Part shown: in pieces, positions 1-12,199 of the stretch
Layout: the number at the start of each line of letters is the position of its first letter
How positions within the stretch are numbered: position 1 is the first letter of the stretch
Assembly: GCA_015680685.1 (NCBI GenBank)
Contig: MNCI01000556.1
Span: 1,065,931-1,129,930, forward strand
From: Gnetum montanum
Lineage: Eukaryota; Plantae; Gnetophyta
Length of the DNA stretch: 64,000 nucleotides
Reading direction: 5' to 3'
Translations under genes and position numbers: made by a program
The notes under the pieces: model-generated
Seen by the model: the letters and a program-made list of their open reading frames with translations, nothing else
What the model was told of the DNA's origin: nothing
The model's database searches: none

Positions 1-2107
1 AGGTGTCTACAATTATAGTAGTAGTACCCTTCTCTTGGACATGAAGAAGGCTAAGCCACCATAGCTTAGCACTTCCTATGAGATATTTAGATGCTGTGGA
101 GACCTTCTACTCTACAGGAACATCCTTGGTAGACATATACATCTCCACATCATGGAAGAAGGCATCAATTTTTTTATTGCTCCTCTTGCCATTATAGAAA
201 CTCAGTTCTCTCACTTTGATTCAAGCCACTACTATAGGATCTTTTGCCAAGCATCCTGCTAGGGAGGACTTCAAGATAGCATTTTCAATTTTCAAATTAG
301 ATAGCTCCTAATTTACTCCAACCAAGGCATCCTCCATAACCTTTATCTAAACAATTAGTTCCACCACTAGAAATGCTTTTGTCTATGCCTCCTGAAAGGA
401 TCTAAACCAGTCCTTATAGAGATTTAGCATACAATCTAAATGGCCTTCTTGGATCGACACCTTGGCCCATGGTCTAGTCCCTAGATTATTATGAGTCCAT
501 CTTTATTAATATTATGATGTTTTGTATTTTTCATGATTAAATATTTAGAAGTATGTAAATATTTGTTAGATAGAATTTAGGTCAACACATAATTGTTAGA
601 AAAATTTTTAGAGCTAAACTAAAATTGGTTCATTGATGTCTCACACATATCATAATTGCAAAATTAATATAAGCCATGCATTCATCATCTAATCCCAATG
701 GTTTCTTCTATAGCCTCTATCTTATGAATTGAAAATTCACTATAACATATTTATAGATTAATTAAGTCTACATTGCAGAATTCTTCTAGTTAGAGATCAT
801 TGAAAAGTCTTACCAAATCAAGCTTTGGAACTTCAAGCTTTTTTTCATTATATCTCATGCTCATTATTTAGAACTAGGTACTCTTGTTATAAACATGATA
901 CTATAGAAGCTAGAAGAAGCATAGGCTATGCTTTCTTTTTAAATTATTGATTATATGTTTCTAATTGAATATTTCTATTTATCGGTACTATTACAGAAAA
1001 TATGTAAATGCCTAAAAAATTATCACATGTAGCCATAACTCCACTAATGATGAGTGGTGAATGTTCACTATGCCTAACCATAAGAATCACATGCATGTAT
1101 GCGTGATCTGACTTAATTTCATGGAACTTTGGACTAATAGTATCTTAGATAATTAAGCATGATGTTACTAGCTATTTTCTTCCCAATCATCACTTGTTCT
1201 AGCTCAATTGGTATAGTTAATTGTGATTGAGACATAAGATGTTTTTAGTTTTATTATTTTTCATTATTAAAACATAAAAGTAGTAAAATGATTAAAATAT
1301 TAAATTTCAGCTCAATATGTACCTAGGGATAATCTAAGTTGTTCTAAGTATAGAGCATTTGTTCCCATTTTTTGTACACATCTTGAACCTATATTAATGT
1401 TGTTGGGTTACCAATTATCTATTGCTAGGTGTACCAAGTATCTACTACTAGGATTATCAAATGTTAATATATTTTACTTGAAGTGATTGTACTCATGCTG
1501 TTATAGAATAAAATATTAAATTGTTTAGTGCTAGGAAGTAAAGTTTGTTAAGAGTAAAATACTAAAGACAAACTAACTACTACAATGGAAGAAATTAATC
1601 TTGATTTTATTACCACCATGTAGAAGTATCCAAAAACATCATGCACTTGAATAAAACTCTATATAATCAACTCATTCCATGCTACAATACTTAGAGGAAA
1701 ATTTTACTAAGTCCTATGGAAAAAAACTACAAGAGTCTAGGTACTAGGATAACAAAAGGTATTACAAACATAATAAGTAACTTGTATTTATGTGCATTTA
1801 TTGTAATTATGATATCATATTTATGACATAGCATCCTAGCCTATGATATAGCAAATGTAATGTAGTAGATGTGATATGTCTGATGTGATGTAGTAGTTAT
1901 GATATTCTAGATATGCTATATTGTAGATGTGATATCTTATCTAAATAGTACAATTTCTTTGATTCATCATACCCCACAACTCACCACAAACTCATTCTTG
2001 TGTTATAAAAAATGAAAAATGTTTCATTATAAAAATTGTGGGATGACTAAAACTAGAATGACAAACATGACAAGTGTGAGTGTTGTATTATAAAATTTAT
2101 TCAAATA

Positions 2108-2123
2108 GATATATTAAAAAATG
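2108..2123 (+). repeat. LINE target-site duplication, left copy (gatatattaaaaaatg)
   Basis: Identical 16-mer at 7819-7834. Confidence 0.9.
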
Positions 2124-2428
2124 GGGGGGGGGTGTCGAACCCCAAAAAGAGAATTTTATTAATTAAATGAGATTAAGTACATGATCTACATCTGAACATA
2201 GTAATGGATAAATAGGAAGAAGAACAATGACAAATGCGGATGATGAAAGAAAACATCTTGAAACTTAATCCTTCTTAGGGAGTGGGAGTACATTCCAAAG
2301 AGCAACCTAATGCTGGGAATCCAAGAGAACTATGAGTTAATAAGACCAAGAGAACAACAAAGAGCTCAAAATGCTCAAAATTATGATAACACACTCCGAT
2401 GTAGCAGATCGAGATTGGGAGGAGTGCA

Positions 2429-5400
2429 CTAGTTGGTGTATCTACTCCAAGGCTGCAAACAATAAAACAACTGATTAGTATCCAACTTTAACTTAGAAGT
2501 ATGAGATAAAATTTGAAAATGCACAAGGCAAAGAATTTGAGATTTTTCCATAATATTTAAATGGTTAGATTTGGACGAATTAGTGTTCTGGAAAAGAGCA
2601 ATGCATCTGTGCTTCCATATATAGTAAAGAACAAGGGGCCTAATAACTTTCCAAAGAAACTGAAGGTTAGTAGAGGGGGTGGCCAAAAACATGAATAAAA
2701 TATCCTCTTGGGAAAATGTACACAAAGGAAAAACTTTAGAAACCCACTCCCATGAAGACTGAGTGAAAGGGCAATGCCAGAAAATGTGGACAAAATCTTC
2801 AGGACCTCCACAGAGAGGGTAATTAGGGTTTGAAATCCCAAGGTATTCACGACGTTTGCCGATAGGCAGGCCTTGATGCAAGAGGCACCAAAGAAATTGT
2901 TTAATTTTNNNNNNNNNNNNNNNNNNNNNNNNNNNNNNNNNNNNNNNNNNNNNNNATTGGTGAGACGAAGACAGCTAAGGGAAATAACTCCCTTTTGAAA
3001 CCAGATGGTGGCTATCCTGGCATTTGAGGTGGCTAGAGGAGCAGGACATAAAGGTAGCCAGCAAGGGAAAATCTTCGGAAGAAGAGTAGGATTGATATGA
3101 ATATTATTCCAATTCACATGAGAATGTAAGACCTGCCAAGCCTTCCAAATTCTTTTGAAAACATGTGTTCCAGGAATGATAATGTCATGAGGAGAAAGGA
3201 TCTAATTAATAGGGTGGATACCCTTCCAGATAGACCTATTCTTAGGGAATTCTTTTCGAAGACTTAACTGAAGGAGATTCCCAATAATATTGGGGGCATC
3301 CAGGTGCTGAACCAACCACTTAGAGATAAGGGTGAGACCTTGCTTAAAGGAGTTCAAAAGGCCCAATCTTCCTTTGTTCTTAGGAAGAGTTACTATATCC
3401 CAGGCTACACGATGAAAGCATTTTTGGGAGTCCTTAGAAGACCACATGAAGTCTCAAAATAAACGTTCAAGCTTTTGATAAGAAGCATGGGAAAGGGCCC
3501 AACATGAAGAATAATAAACATGGGTAGAGGCACAAATAGACTTACAGATTAGATACTTACCGACCAGGGTGAGGGATTTGGTTTTTCATTTTTCAAGTTT
3601 TCTTTGAATTCGGGAAAGAACTTGGTCCCAGAGCTTGGACGTTGGGCCTCTAAAGCGAAAGGGGATTCCCAAGAGCTTAATTATCTCATGATCTTGAGTA
3701 CACTTCCAACTATAATTGGGCAAATGACTGTAGTGATTAGTAAAGCTATAAATATAATATTTACGCCAATTTATGATAGATCCAGAGAGGGAGCAATATT
3801 TCTCTACTCGAGACAAGAGACACTACACATTATCAGCATTGTTTTGAATAAGGAAAAATGAGTCATCAGTGAAATGCATATTGAGGAGCTGATGTTGAGG
3901 AGAAGATAGATGAACCCCAAATAAAACATTGTTTTGAATATCCAAGATGATTTGATGACAGAGAAAATCAGCTGCAATGATGAAGAGGTAAGGGGAAAGA
4001 GGGCAACCTTGCCTAACAGACCTATGAATAGAAAAGGGGGAAGTGATGCCGAAGGTAGTCGCAATTCGCACAGTAGCATCTGAGAATAAGCATTCTACCA
4101 TATGAATGAACTTGGGGCCAAAACCCAATTTAGTCATGGTTTGGATAATGAAGTCCCACTTAATTTTATCATAGGCTTTAGTGTAGTCAAACTTCATCAG
4201 GAGGATATCCTGACCCTCATCCTCAGCCCACTTAAGACCTTCCCAAGCAGCCACAATGTTATTTAATATGTATCTTCCTAGAACAAAGCCAGTCTGCTGG
4301 GGGGAAATAATAAGGGTAAGGATTTTATTTAATTGCAAGGCCAAACATTTTGCCCAAATTTTGTAAACCACATTAAGTAAGGTGATAGGTCGCTAATTGG
4401 AGATACAAGTAGGATCTCCTGATTTAGGGAGAAGACAAAGAATCCCTTGGTTTAAGATTGGTCCCAATGAGCTAGTAAGCGTAGCCTCTTTGATAACATG
4501 GAAGAGGTTCAGAACCAACTAGATCCCAATGCTTTTGGAAAAATTTGGTTGGAAAACCACCATAACCCGGGGCTTTCCCAAGGCTTAGGTTAAAGCAAGC
4601 CTATCGAAGCTCAACTGGAGTAATATCGGCTTCTAAAATTGTTAGCATAGAAGAATTAACCAGTTTAGGATAATTTAGAGTGGCTACTGCGAAGGATGTG
4701 GGATCCATAGGAGTAGTGGTGAATAAGGCCTCAAAGTGTTCTTTAAGATAAGATAGAAGACTATTTTGGTTAGTGATAATGGAACCATTTATGGAGAGTT
4801 TATCTAAAGACGGTGAAGGGGAGGATCGATTAAGGTACTTAAAGAATTCTTTACAGTGTTCATCTTGAATGTTTAGCCAAGTGAGTCGATATTTAATCAA
4901 GGAACCTTGTGCCTTATATACTTCCCAATGTTGAAAGGCAATACGGGCTCTGGCAAGCTCCCCTTGAAGGTGACTATTAAAGGGATCATCAGTTAGTTTG
5001 GTCATAAGGTGCTCAATGTTAGAGCATATGTTGGTGTACTCTTGCCGAGAGCAAGAGGCAACTTCCTTACCTTAATGGCGGGCGAAATTCCTAACTCTAC
5101 TAGTAGTTCGAAGCCACCAGTGGATCCAACCCTTTGAACCTAAGGGTCTTGGTTCATTATTCCAAAGGCTAGAAAGAAGTTGTTGGGCAGAAGAAGAAGA
5201 GAAACATTGACTATGAAGCCTAAAGAGATGATAATTCTGTCATTGGTGGTCATTATGGATCTGCATAGATAAAGTAATAGGGAAATGATTAGATAGGGTT
5301 GCGTGTTGGTGGACTTTAGTAGTAGAAAGGGTCTACCAAAAAGAAAGGTTGGAAAATTAATACCTATGTAACCGACTATAAATGCGAGCCTGCCCCTTAC

Positions 5401-5989
5401 GAAGATTGTTCCAGGAGAAGCTGTTTAGAGAGCCACTAGCAATGTCTGCGATGCCGTCCGAAAGAAAGAAACGTTTCTTAAAATTTGACTAGGCTTGAAA
5501 TTTGTGATGTGAAAGTTGAGAGAAAACACCCCCAAGCTTATCATGAGAGAATTCCATCATGTTAAAATCACCACCAAAAATCCAAGGAATAGACGGGAGG
5601 CTATGAGTGAGTTCATGCAACAATCGAGCTCGTTCGATAGAGTCATTGGGGGCATAAATAGAACAAACTCCGAAGGGACCATGTGAGGAAGAGAAAATAG
5701 CCCATGCCACTCGGTGACCTAAATCAAACCCATGCTGTAGGATTTTTTCTTTCCAATAAGCTGGATAAAGAATGGCTATGCCACCTTTGCCACACTCATG
5801 CGAAGTAGCAAGAATAGAAGAATGGGGAAGAAACCAATGGGCTGAAAAAGATAATTGTTCAGCTGAGATCTTGATTTCTTGGAGGAGGAGGAAATTCAAA
5901 GTGAGATTTAGGCTAGAGATAAAGTTGTTGGCTCTTTTGCGACGAGGCCTATCAGTTAGGCCTCAGACATTCCAAGATAGGAAGTTCAT
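2429..5989 (-). pseudogene. LINE ORF2 (endonuclease-RT-zf-RVT), disrupted
   Basis: Starts MNFLSWNV*GL at 5989. ORF fragments 5489-5899, 4601-5005, 3823-4371, 3586-3816, 3202-3447 and 2429-2881 carry L1 ORF2 motifs, with many stops and frameshifts. Confidence 0.9.
2909..2955. other. Assembly gap (N run)
   Basis: Run of n characters. Confidence 0.99.
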
Positions 5990-7123
5990 GGAGAAGCTTC
6001 AGATGTTATAAATGACAGGGCAATAGAAGGATTGGGGTTAGGAATGTCAGTTGTTATAGTAGTGGAAAGAATTGCAAAGGAGTTGCTTGTATTAACAGTT
6101 AAAGCTGGGTTAGTTTTGGGCAAAGGAGAGGAAGGAGGAGTAGTGGTTGTAGATGCTTTGGCACTTTTCCATCCTCCTACCATGACAAACTCATCCCGTA
6201 AAAGTGAGTCTTGAACTAATTGTGAGTGGATGATTGGTGCTTTAGACCTAACCTTAATGAGAGAATGGGATTGAGAGACTCTTGCCTTGAAGGGAGCATA
6301 CGAGGAAGAAAGGTGTGAAGCATTGTTAGAGGTAGAACCGAACTTAACGGGAGCAACTGGTGGGTTAGGTTGAGGAGGGACTACAGGACTGGATTTGGGA
6401 GGATTGGTTTGAGATTTTTTCTTAGCTAGAAAGGGACAGGTGGAAATGTGGTGCTCTGCACGATGGCAGTAGCTACAGGAGTTAGGAAGATAAAAATAGT
6501 ATACCTTTTTTTAAAAACTTTTTTCCTCCAGCTCCTAAGGATAAAGTCATTTTCTTTTGGGAAATGTCTAGTTCGATACAGTAGCGACGATAGTGAGCCC
6601 CGTTAACCTCAATTCCATGGTCAGAGATGACTTGACCTAAGGTGCTAACTATGTCTCGTTCAACAGGTGAAAAGATTAAAGGAAGATGAGGTAGCTCTAC
6701 ATAACAAGGGATAATATTAAAGGTTGGGTTGTTGACATTGAAATCAAATTTCCAAGCCTGGGCGATAAGTGTAGCATTACGAGCAGGAAAAATTCAAAGA
6801 GAGAGAGCTTTCTCGATTTGAGAAGCCTCAGAAAGTTCAGCAAGGAAAAAATTACGAGCATAGTATCATGCGTGTAAGACTTGAATTTCGTGGGCTTGTA
6901 AAATAGTTTTAATATGTAGATTGATGCTTAAGGAGTGAGGTAGATAACCTACTATCTGAAAAAAAATAAAATGTACAGAAAAGTCTTGAGAAATAGAGTC
7001 AAAAATATCTTCAGGTAACAGAAAATCCAAAGATTCTGAGTTGGGAGAACTTCCCTGAGGAGAAGAAGGAGCAGCCGCTGAAGAGTCATCCATATCCTTG
7101 CGTGAAAGGAGCTCCTCATCCAT
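5986..7123 (-). pseudogene. LINE ORF1 (gag-like, zinc knuckle), disrupted
   Basis: CSYCHRAEHHISTC (CX2CX4HX4C) at ~6436-6477; Pro/Ser-rich tail with SNSFAIL; lies directly upstream of ORF2. Start approximate. Confidence 0.75.
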
Positions 7124-7818
7124 TGGAACTGGCTCAACATTGGTAGGAACACAATGGCAGCCCTGGTACAACCCGCAGCAATAGCACCACGAGGCAGACC
7201 CTACTGCCTGCTGCAACCACTGACCCACAGCCACTAGAGTGCGGCACAACAACCCTAGCTCACAGCCACCGAAGTGTGGCACTCGTGGCAGAAGGTCTAG
7301 CGCACCTAGATCCTCTTTTCCGAGTTTTCCCAATGTTGGTTTCAGATCTAATTCCAGATTTGGGTTAATTCCCAGATCTGCAAAAGGTCGGCCAAAATAG
7401 CAACGCATGATCCACTGCTCAGGCCGCATTTAGGCAGACCTCTGGAGCATCAGATCTCATGCCCAGCAGAGCACCCGCACGAACACCACGCACCTTGCCA
7501 AGCCCACCACAACTCAACCTATGGTGCCTCTGTTTACACGCGCAGAGAGAGACAGGCCAGGCAGAGGTAGAAAGAGGCACAAGCGTGGTGGCGAGAAAAT
7601 GAGCGGCATGGTCGCAACAGATGAATGTTACAGAGAGATAGGCCAGGCAGAGGTAGAAAGCGGCACTTGCTCTGTCGCTCGTGGGGCAACGACCAATGCT
7701 CTAGACGGCGCGTAGGCTGGCGCGCAAGCCAACGGACATGGTAAAGGTCAGAACGTCTCCCATAGTGGCGCTCACGGTAGTTGCAATAGTGGCAGCAGTA
7801 GCAAGATGATCGTGCTCT

Positions 7819-7834
7819 GATATATTAAAAAATG
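7819..7834 (+). repeat. LINE target-site duplication, right copy
   Basis: Identical to 2108-2123. Confidence 0.9.
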
Positions 7835-10369
7835 ATAGAAAGACTAAATAGACATTATATTTTATGAATTACAAAAGTTTTCAAAAAACTAGCAATGATG
7901 AATCTTTATGTTATCACTAACATTGGAAGTTTTTTCAACCTTGGTTATTATATTGGCACTTTTCTTTTTATAGATAACTTTTAAAGGATGGATTGAGATG
8001 TCTCCTAATTGACCCATGGATTTTGTTAGGTAGAAAATGTGTGACATTTGAGCTTGAATATGTGTTTCTACTATTTGTTGATGGGTATGTTCTTTTTTGT
8101 CCTCATATTGTCCTTCTTTCCTTATCTTGCAAAAGACCATCAACCTTAGGCATTCATTTAGGCATCATTTGTAATCACAAAAGCATCAATGTTAATTTTT
8201 TCAATTTTCCTTAATGGTTAAACCCTTTTCAAATCCTTGGTTAGCCTAAAATTCAAAATCCAAAAAAAAATTTAGCATTTAAGCCTAAATTGATTATGAA
8301 ATAGCATTTCTAAGGATTTGGAGTAACTAAAATCATTAAGTTATTAATTCATTTTATTAAATTTACTATTACTTACCATAATATTTGAAAATGGGGGTGT
8401 TATGAAATTCTGAAAAATTCCATCCTTGGCCTTTGTGAAGGAGCTTAGCTCTAGGAGAGTGTAAGTTTTCAAACAATTGAAATTATAGGTCTAGCTTGCA
8501 AGATATTATAAATACACTAGAATATGGAATCATGAGGTTTTAAAATGACCAAGAAATATGAAATTTGAAGAAAATTTCACTATAAAAACATTAAAAATTA
8601 ATAAAAAATGATTAAATGTAATCCTAAAATCATGAATAAATTTAGAGAAGTTTTTCATGATATCCATGAAGATATGAGATTGGTTCATATCCATGATCAA
8701 TAAAAGTTATGTAAGTGGATCCTTCCCAATGTAGGATCCTATTATAATGCCCTTCTATATATGTCCGTGGGTACCTTAGAAGTTAAATGTGGCTCATGTC
8801 TTTGTTCTAAATAATATAAAAACATCTTGGTTGAAATCCTATACTATATTATACAAAAACCATTAGGTACATAATAATATATAGTAGTAAAATGACTAAT
8901 GGTATGAGAAGGGTTTTCATATATTAGGATATGATTCATAGTACCATGTTTGTAATAGGTTTTGGTGTCAATTATGGTTAAAATAACCATCATACCTATT
9001 CATTTAGGTTTCAAACCAAGTTCATACCTTTACATATGACATCACATTACCTTATCATAAACTAACTAGAATAGGACCATCATAACCATATGAAAATATC
9101 ATTGATCAACAAAAGAAACAAGAAATAGTTTTGATTAATTAATTATTTAAACATTAAAATTTGAGAAAACTTCATTGTTGATTACAGGAATGCCTTTAAG
9201 CATGGGTAACATGTCTCTCTATTCACATAACAAGACTAGTCTACAATGCCTTTGGGATTCCTAGAAGCAGCCTACCTTTAGGCATGGGAACATGTCTTAA
9301 TAGTGGTACCATAGGAATTAGCTTTCTTTTGTGAATTAATTAATTAGTATTTATTATTTTCTTACTATATGAATACCTTCAACCATGAGTAACATGTCTT
9401 TCTAGTGATATGATAAGACAAAACTTATTCAAGAACATGTTATGGTAGGAATCATCATAATGAGAGGAAATTGATACAACCTATATGAAACTGATCTAGA
9501 AAGTTTGTGACCATCAAACTAATGTAAGAAAAACTAGCCTTTTAAGAAATATTTCTTAAATCAAAAGGGAACTTGGGGATCGAAGGATAAATCTTGAAAT
9601 CCATGTTAGACATTTTGCTAATGTTAGTAAGTATTGAGTAGAAAGGGATTACACATGAGTAAAATTCCTTATAGAAAACATCTTAGTTATGGAAAAATAT
9701 AGTGTAATACAAAAGCATGATTAGTAGTAAAATTTTTTGAAATAATGCAAAAAGGAAATAGATCTATTAATAAACATGTGTAAACTAAGAAAAAAAATGT
9801 GAATATAATAGATCTGAAGCAAAAATGGGAAAAAGAAGAGATAAAAGGTCCCCGCATAGAAAAATTGAATTTACAAGAAAAGACAAAGAAACCTAAAAAC
9901 CTGTGTTCCAAGATTTGTACCAGAGTTTGAAGGTGTTTGACAAGTTATATTATCTCGTTGTTATTCTAATGAGTGCACAAATAGAAATATAATAGGAACA
10001 AAAGTAGATTTGACAACTAACAATTGTAAAAGAAAATCAAATAAATGTGTTGATCTAATTCTGAATAAAATCTTTATGTGTCAAGAGAACAACATCAAAG
10101 GAATACAATATGTCAACAAGGGAGAAAGAGAGAAAAAAGAAAAACAAATTTGAAATATGAAATAGATCTCTTGAAAGAAAAGCATTAAAATAAAAATCTA
10201 AAATGCTAGCCAGATGATGATAGATGCCAACTTGTTACATGTAGATGTATTCTAGTATATATAGGCTGAAAATGCCTCATAGACTATTTAGAAACAATGC
10301 AATGGAATCCACAAAATCCTTTGAAGGCTTCTAAAATTTTTTGAATACAATTAATGGTGTATAAAATAA

Positions 10370-10830
10370 ATTTTTATGTTGGACATCAAAAGTCTAATGT
10401 AAGACATGAAAAGCTAGAGATGAAGTTTGATGTTGGCTATTGAAAATAAATTAGATGTGAGATGTTAAAAGATATAACATGGGATATCAAAACTAATTTG
10501 ACAGAAAACATCAAAAGCTAGTAAGCTAACATCAGATATCAAAGATGAATTTGATAGCATACATTGAAAAGTTTATGCATGACATCAAGATTAAATTTGA
10601 TGCAAAACATCTAAAAGATGTAAATGAAAAGTAAAATTGTACATCAAAATTTTGATGCATGATATCGAAAATCTATATGTAGATTTGACATTAGACATTA
10701 AAGATAAGATCTACATGGGATATCAAAAGATTGACATAGAATGTTTAGAAACTAAAGTAGAATTAGAATTGACACTAAAGCTAACATTAGATGTTGAAAT
10801 TAAAAGTAAAGCAAAAATGACATAGTGAAT
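10370..10830 (+). repeat. Highly degenerate short-period repeat array (gacatcaaaa / tttgatgt-like units)
   Basis: Recurrent gacatcaaa, gatatcaaa, gacattaaa and gatgttgaaa words; no credible protein. Confidence 0.45.
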
Positions 10831-12199
10831 GACATAAAATATCATTTTTGGCAAGGTGAAGATAACTTTAAGTGCTAAAATATATTGAATGCATCAAAGT
10901 ATTTAACTGAAGTTTAAAAAAAGATAAAATGGATACAAAATTTCTTCCTCGTGATGGATACTACTAAAAAGCTAAAGAAGAATCCATCAAGAAAATACAC
11001 AAGATGATAAGTACCTACAAGAAAATTTACTGAAGAGGGAAAATAAAGGAAGAAAGTCTAGGATATTATTGATACACCTAGAGTGGAGTGCTAGGCCACA
11101 AAATGGAGCATTGATAGATCCTAGGAAGCACACAAAAATATAAATAAAGAACCTCCTAGTCCAGTCAATTCTCTTAATCATACACTTAACCGAATAAAGC
11201 AGAGACACTCATTAGGCCTAGGCAATGTAAAGCATGAAAAGAGAAAAGAATAAAGAAAAAAAGAAATCTAGAAAAAATCAAAAAGAGAAAGTAATTAAAA
11301 ATAGGAAAGAATGTTAGGAACATTGCTAATACACTAGTGATGAGGTGTTATGTCACAAAAGTAGGATACAACTAGATCCCGAAAATGAACCTCTTCCTTA
11401 CCTCACTTATATATAAATTTTACACTCCTTATGTCACTCTATACTCAAAATTTCCTCATTGCATTAAGGAAGAGACATTCATTTGGGCTTACTAATGATG
11501 AATATAGAGAGGAATGGAAATAGATGATGAGAGGTGATAAGAGAATGTAGAGAGAAATATGGTACAAAAGAGTAGAAATGATAGCATACAAAAGTAGAGA
11601 ACAAAAATTAAGTGGAGAAAAGAGGATATTGCTCATACACCTATCAAGAGTATAGTGCTATGTTGTAAAAGTGGGACATGACTAAATACTACATAATATT
11701 TGGCCAAAAAGGATCTCAAAATATGACAAAGTAACCCCTTCCTATTATACACAATAATACACTTAGTCACATCCACACATGAAGTAATGAACTATTCAAG
11801 TACTTAAAAACCTTACTAGTTGTGTAGAGTACGTAGAGTAGAATACGATAAATAACATAGAAAAATAGGAAGAAAATAGCTAAAGAAATAATAGAAAATA
11901 AGATGGAGAGAAGGATAGAATAGTAAAATAAGTTACAAGAAACATAGAGTTTAAATCAAACCTGTTATCTTAATGTAGTAAAGAGTAAACTACTTGATAT
12001 CTACTCGATATCTAACTTGAATGTGTCTTGAGTAATGATGCTGAATATCTACTCAATATTCATGTAGATGGTAAAGAACAACTTGCCAATTAACACATTG
12101 CATATTATTGTTGCTCTAATCTAACTGCCAATCATGTAGACCAACACAAAGAGATGGAATATGGAGTTCAATTGGTAGGATCACCTTAGAATCATAAGT

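Larger units (their letters stand above)
2124..7818 (-). mobile_element. Full-length, decayed L1-type LINE retrotransposon
   Basis: Minus-strand fragments in canonical order: ORF1 with CCHC knuckle, APE endonuclease (SWNV.GL, LLLQEIK, IYAPND, GGDFN), RT (QQTGFV.GR, KFDYTKAYDKI, RQGCPLSPYLF, FTDD), zf-RVT (CGGPEDFVHIFWHCPF). Bounded by a perfect 16-bp direct repeat. Confidence 0.93.

Noticed and set aside
1-2107. Possible gene or TE fragment at the window start
   Set aside because: No ORF or motif I can recognise; AT-rich decayed sequence.
7150-7818. GC-rich island with short ORFs (6866-7429 N-terminus, 7521-7715) as a separate gene
   Set aside because: Lies inside the LINE TSDs, upstream of ORF1; best read as the LINE 5' UTR.
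9195-9405. Three spaced copies of catgggtaacatgtct-like words
   Set aside because: Too few and too degenerate to assign; probably a remnant of an old LTR.
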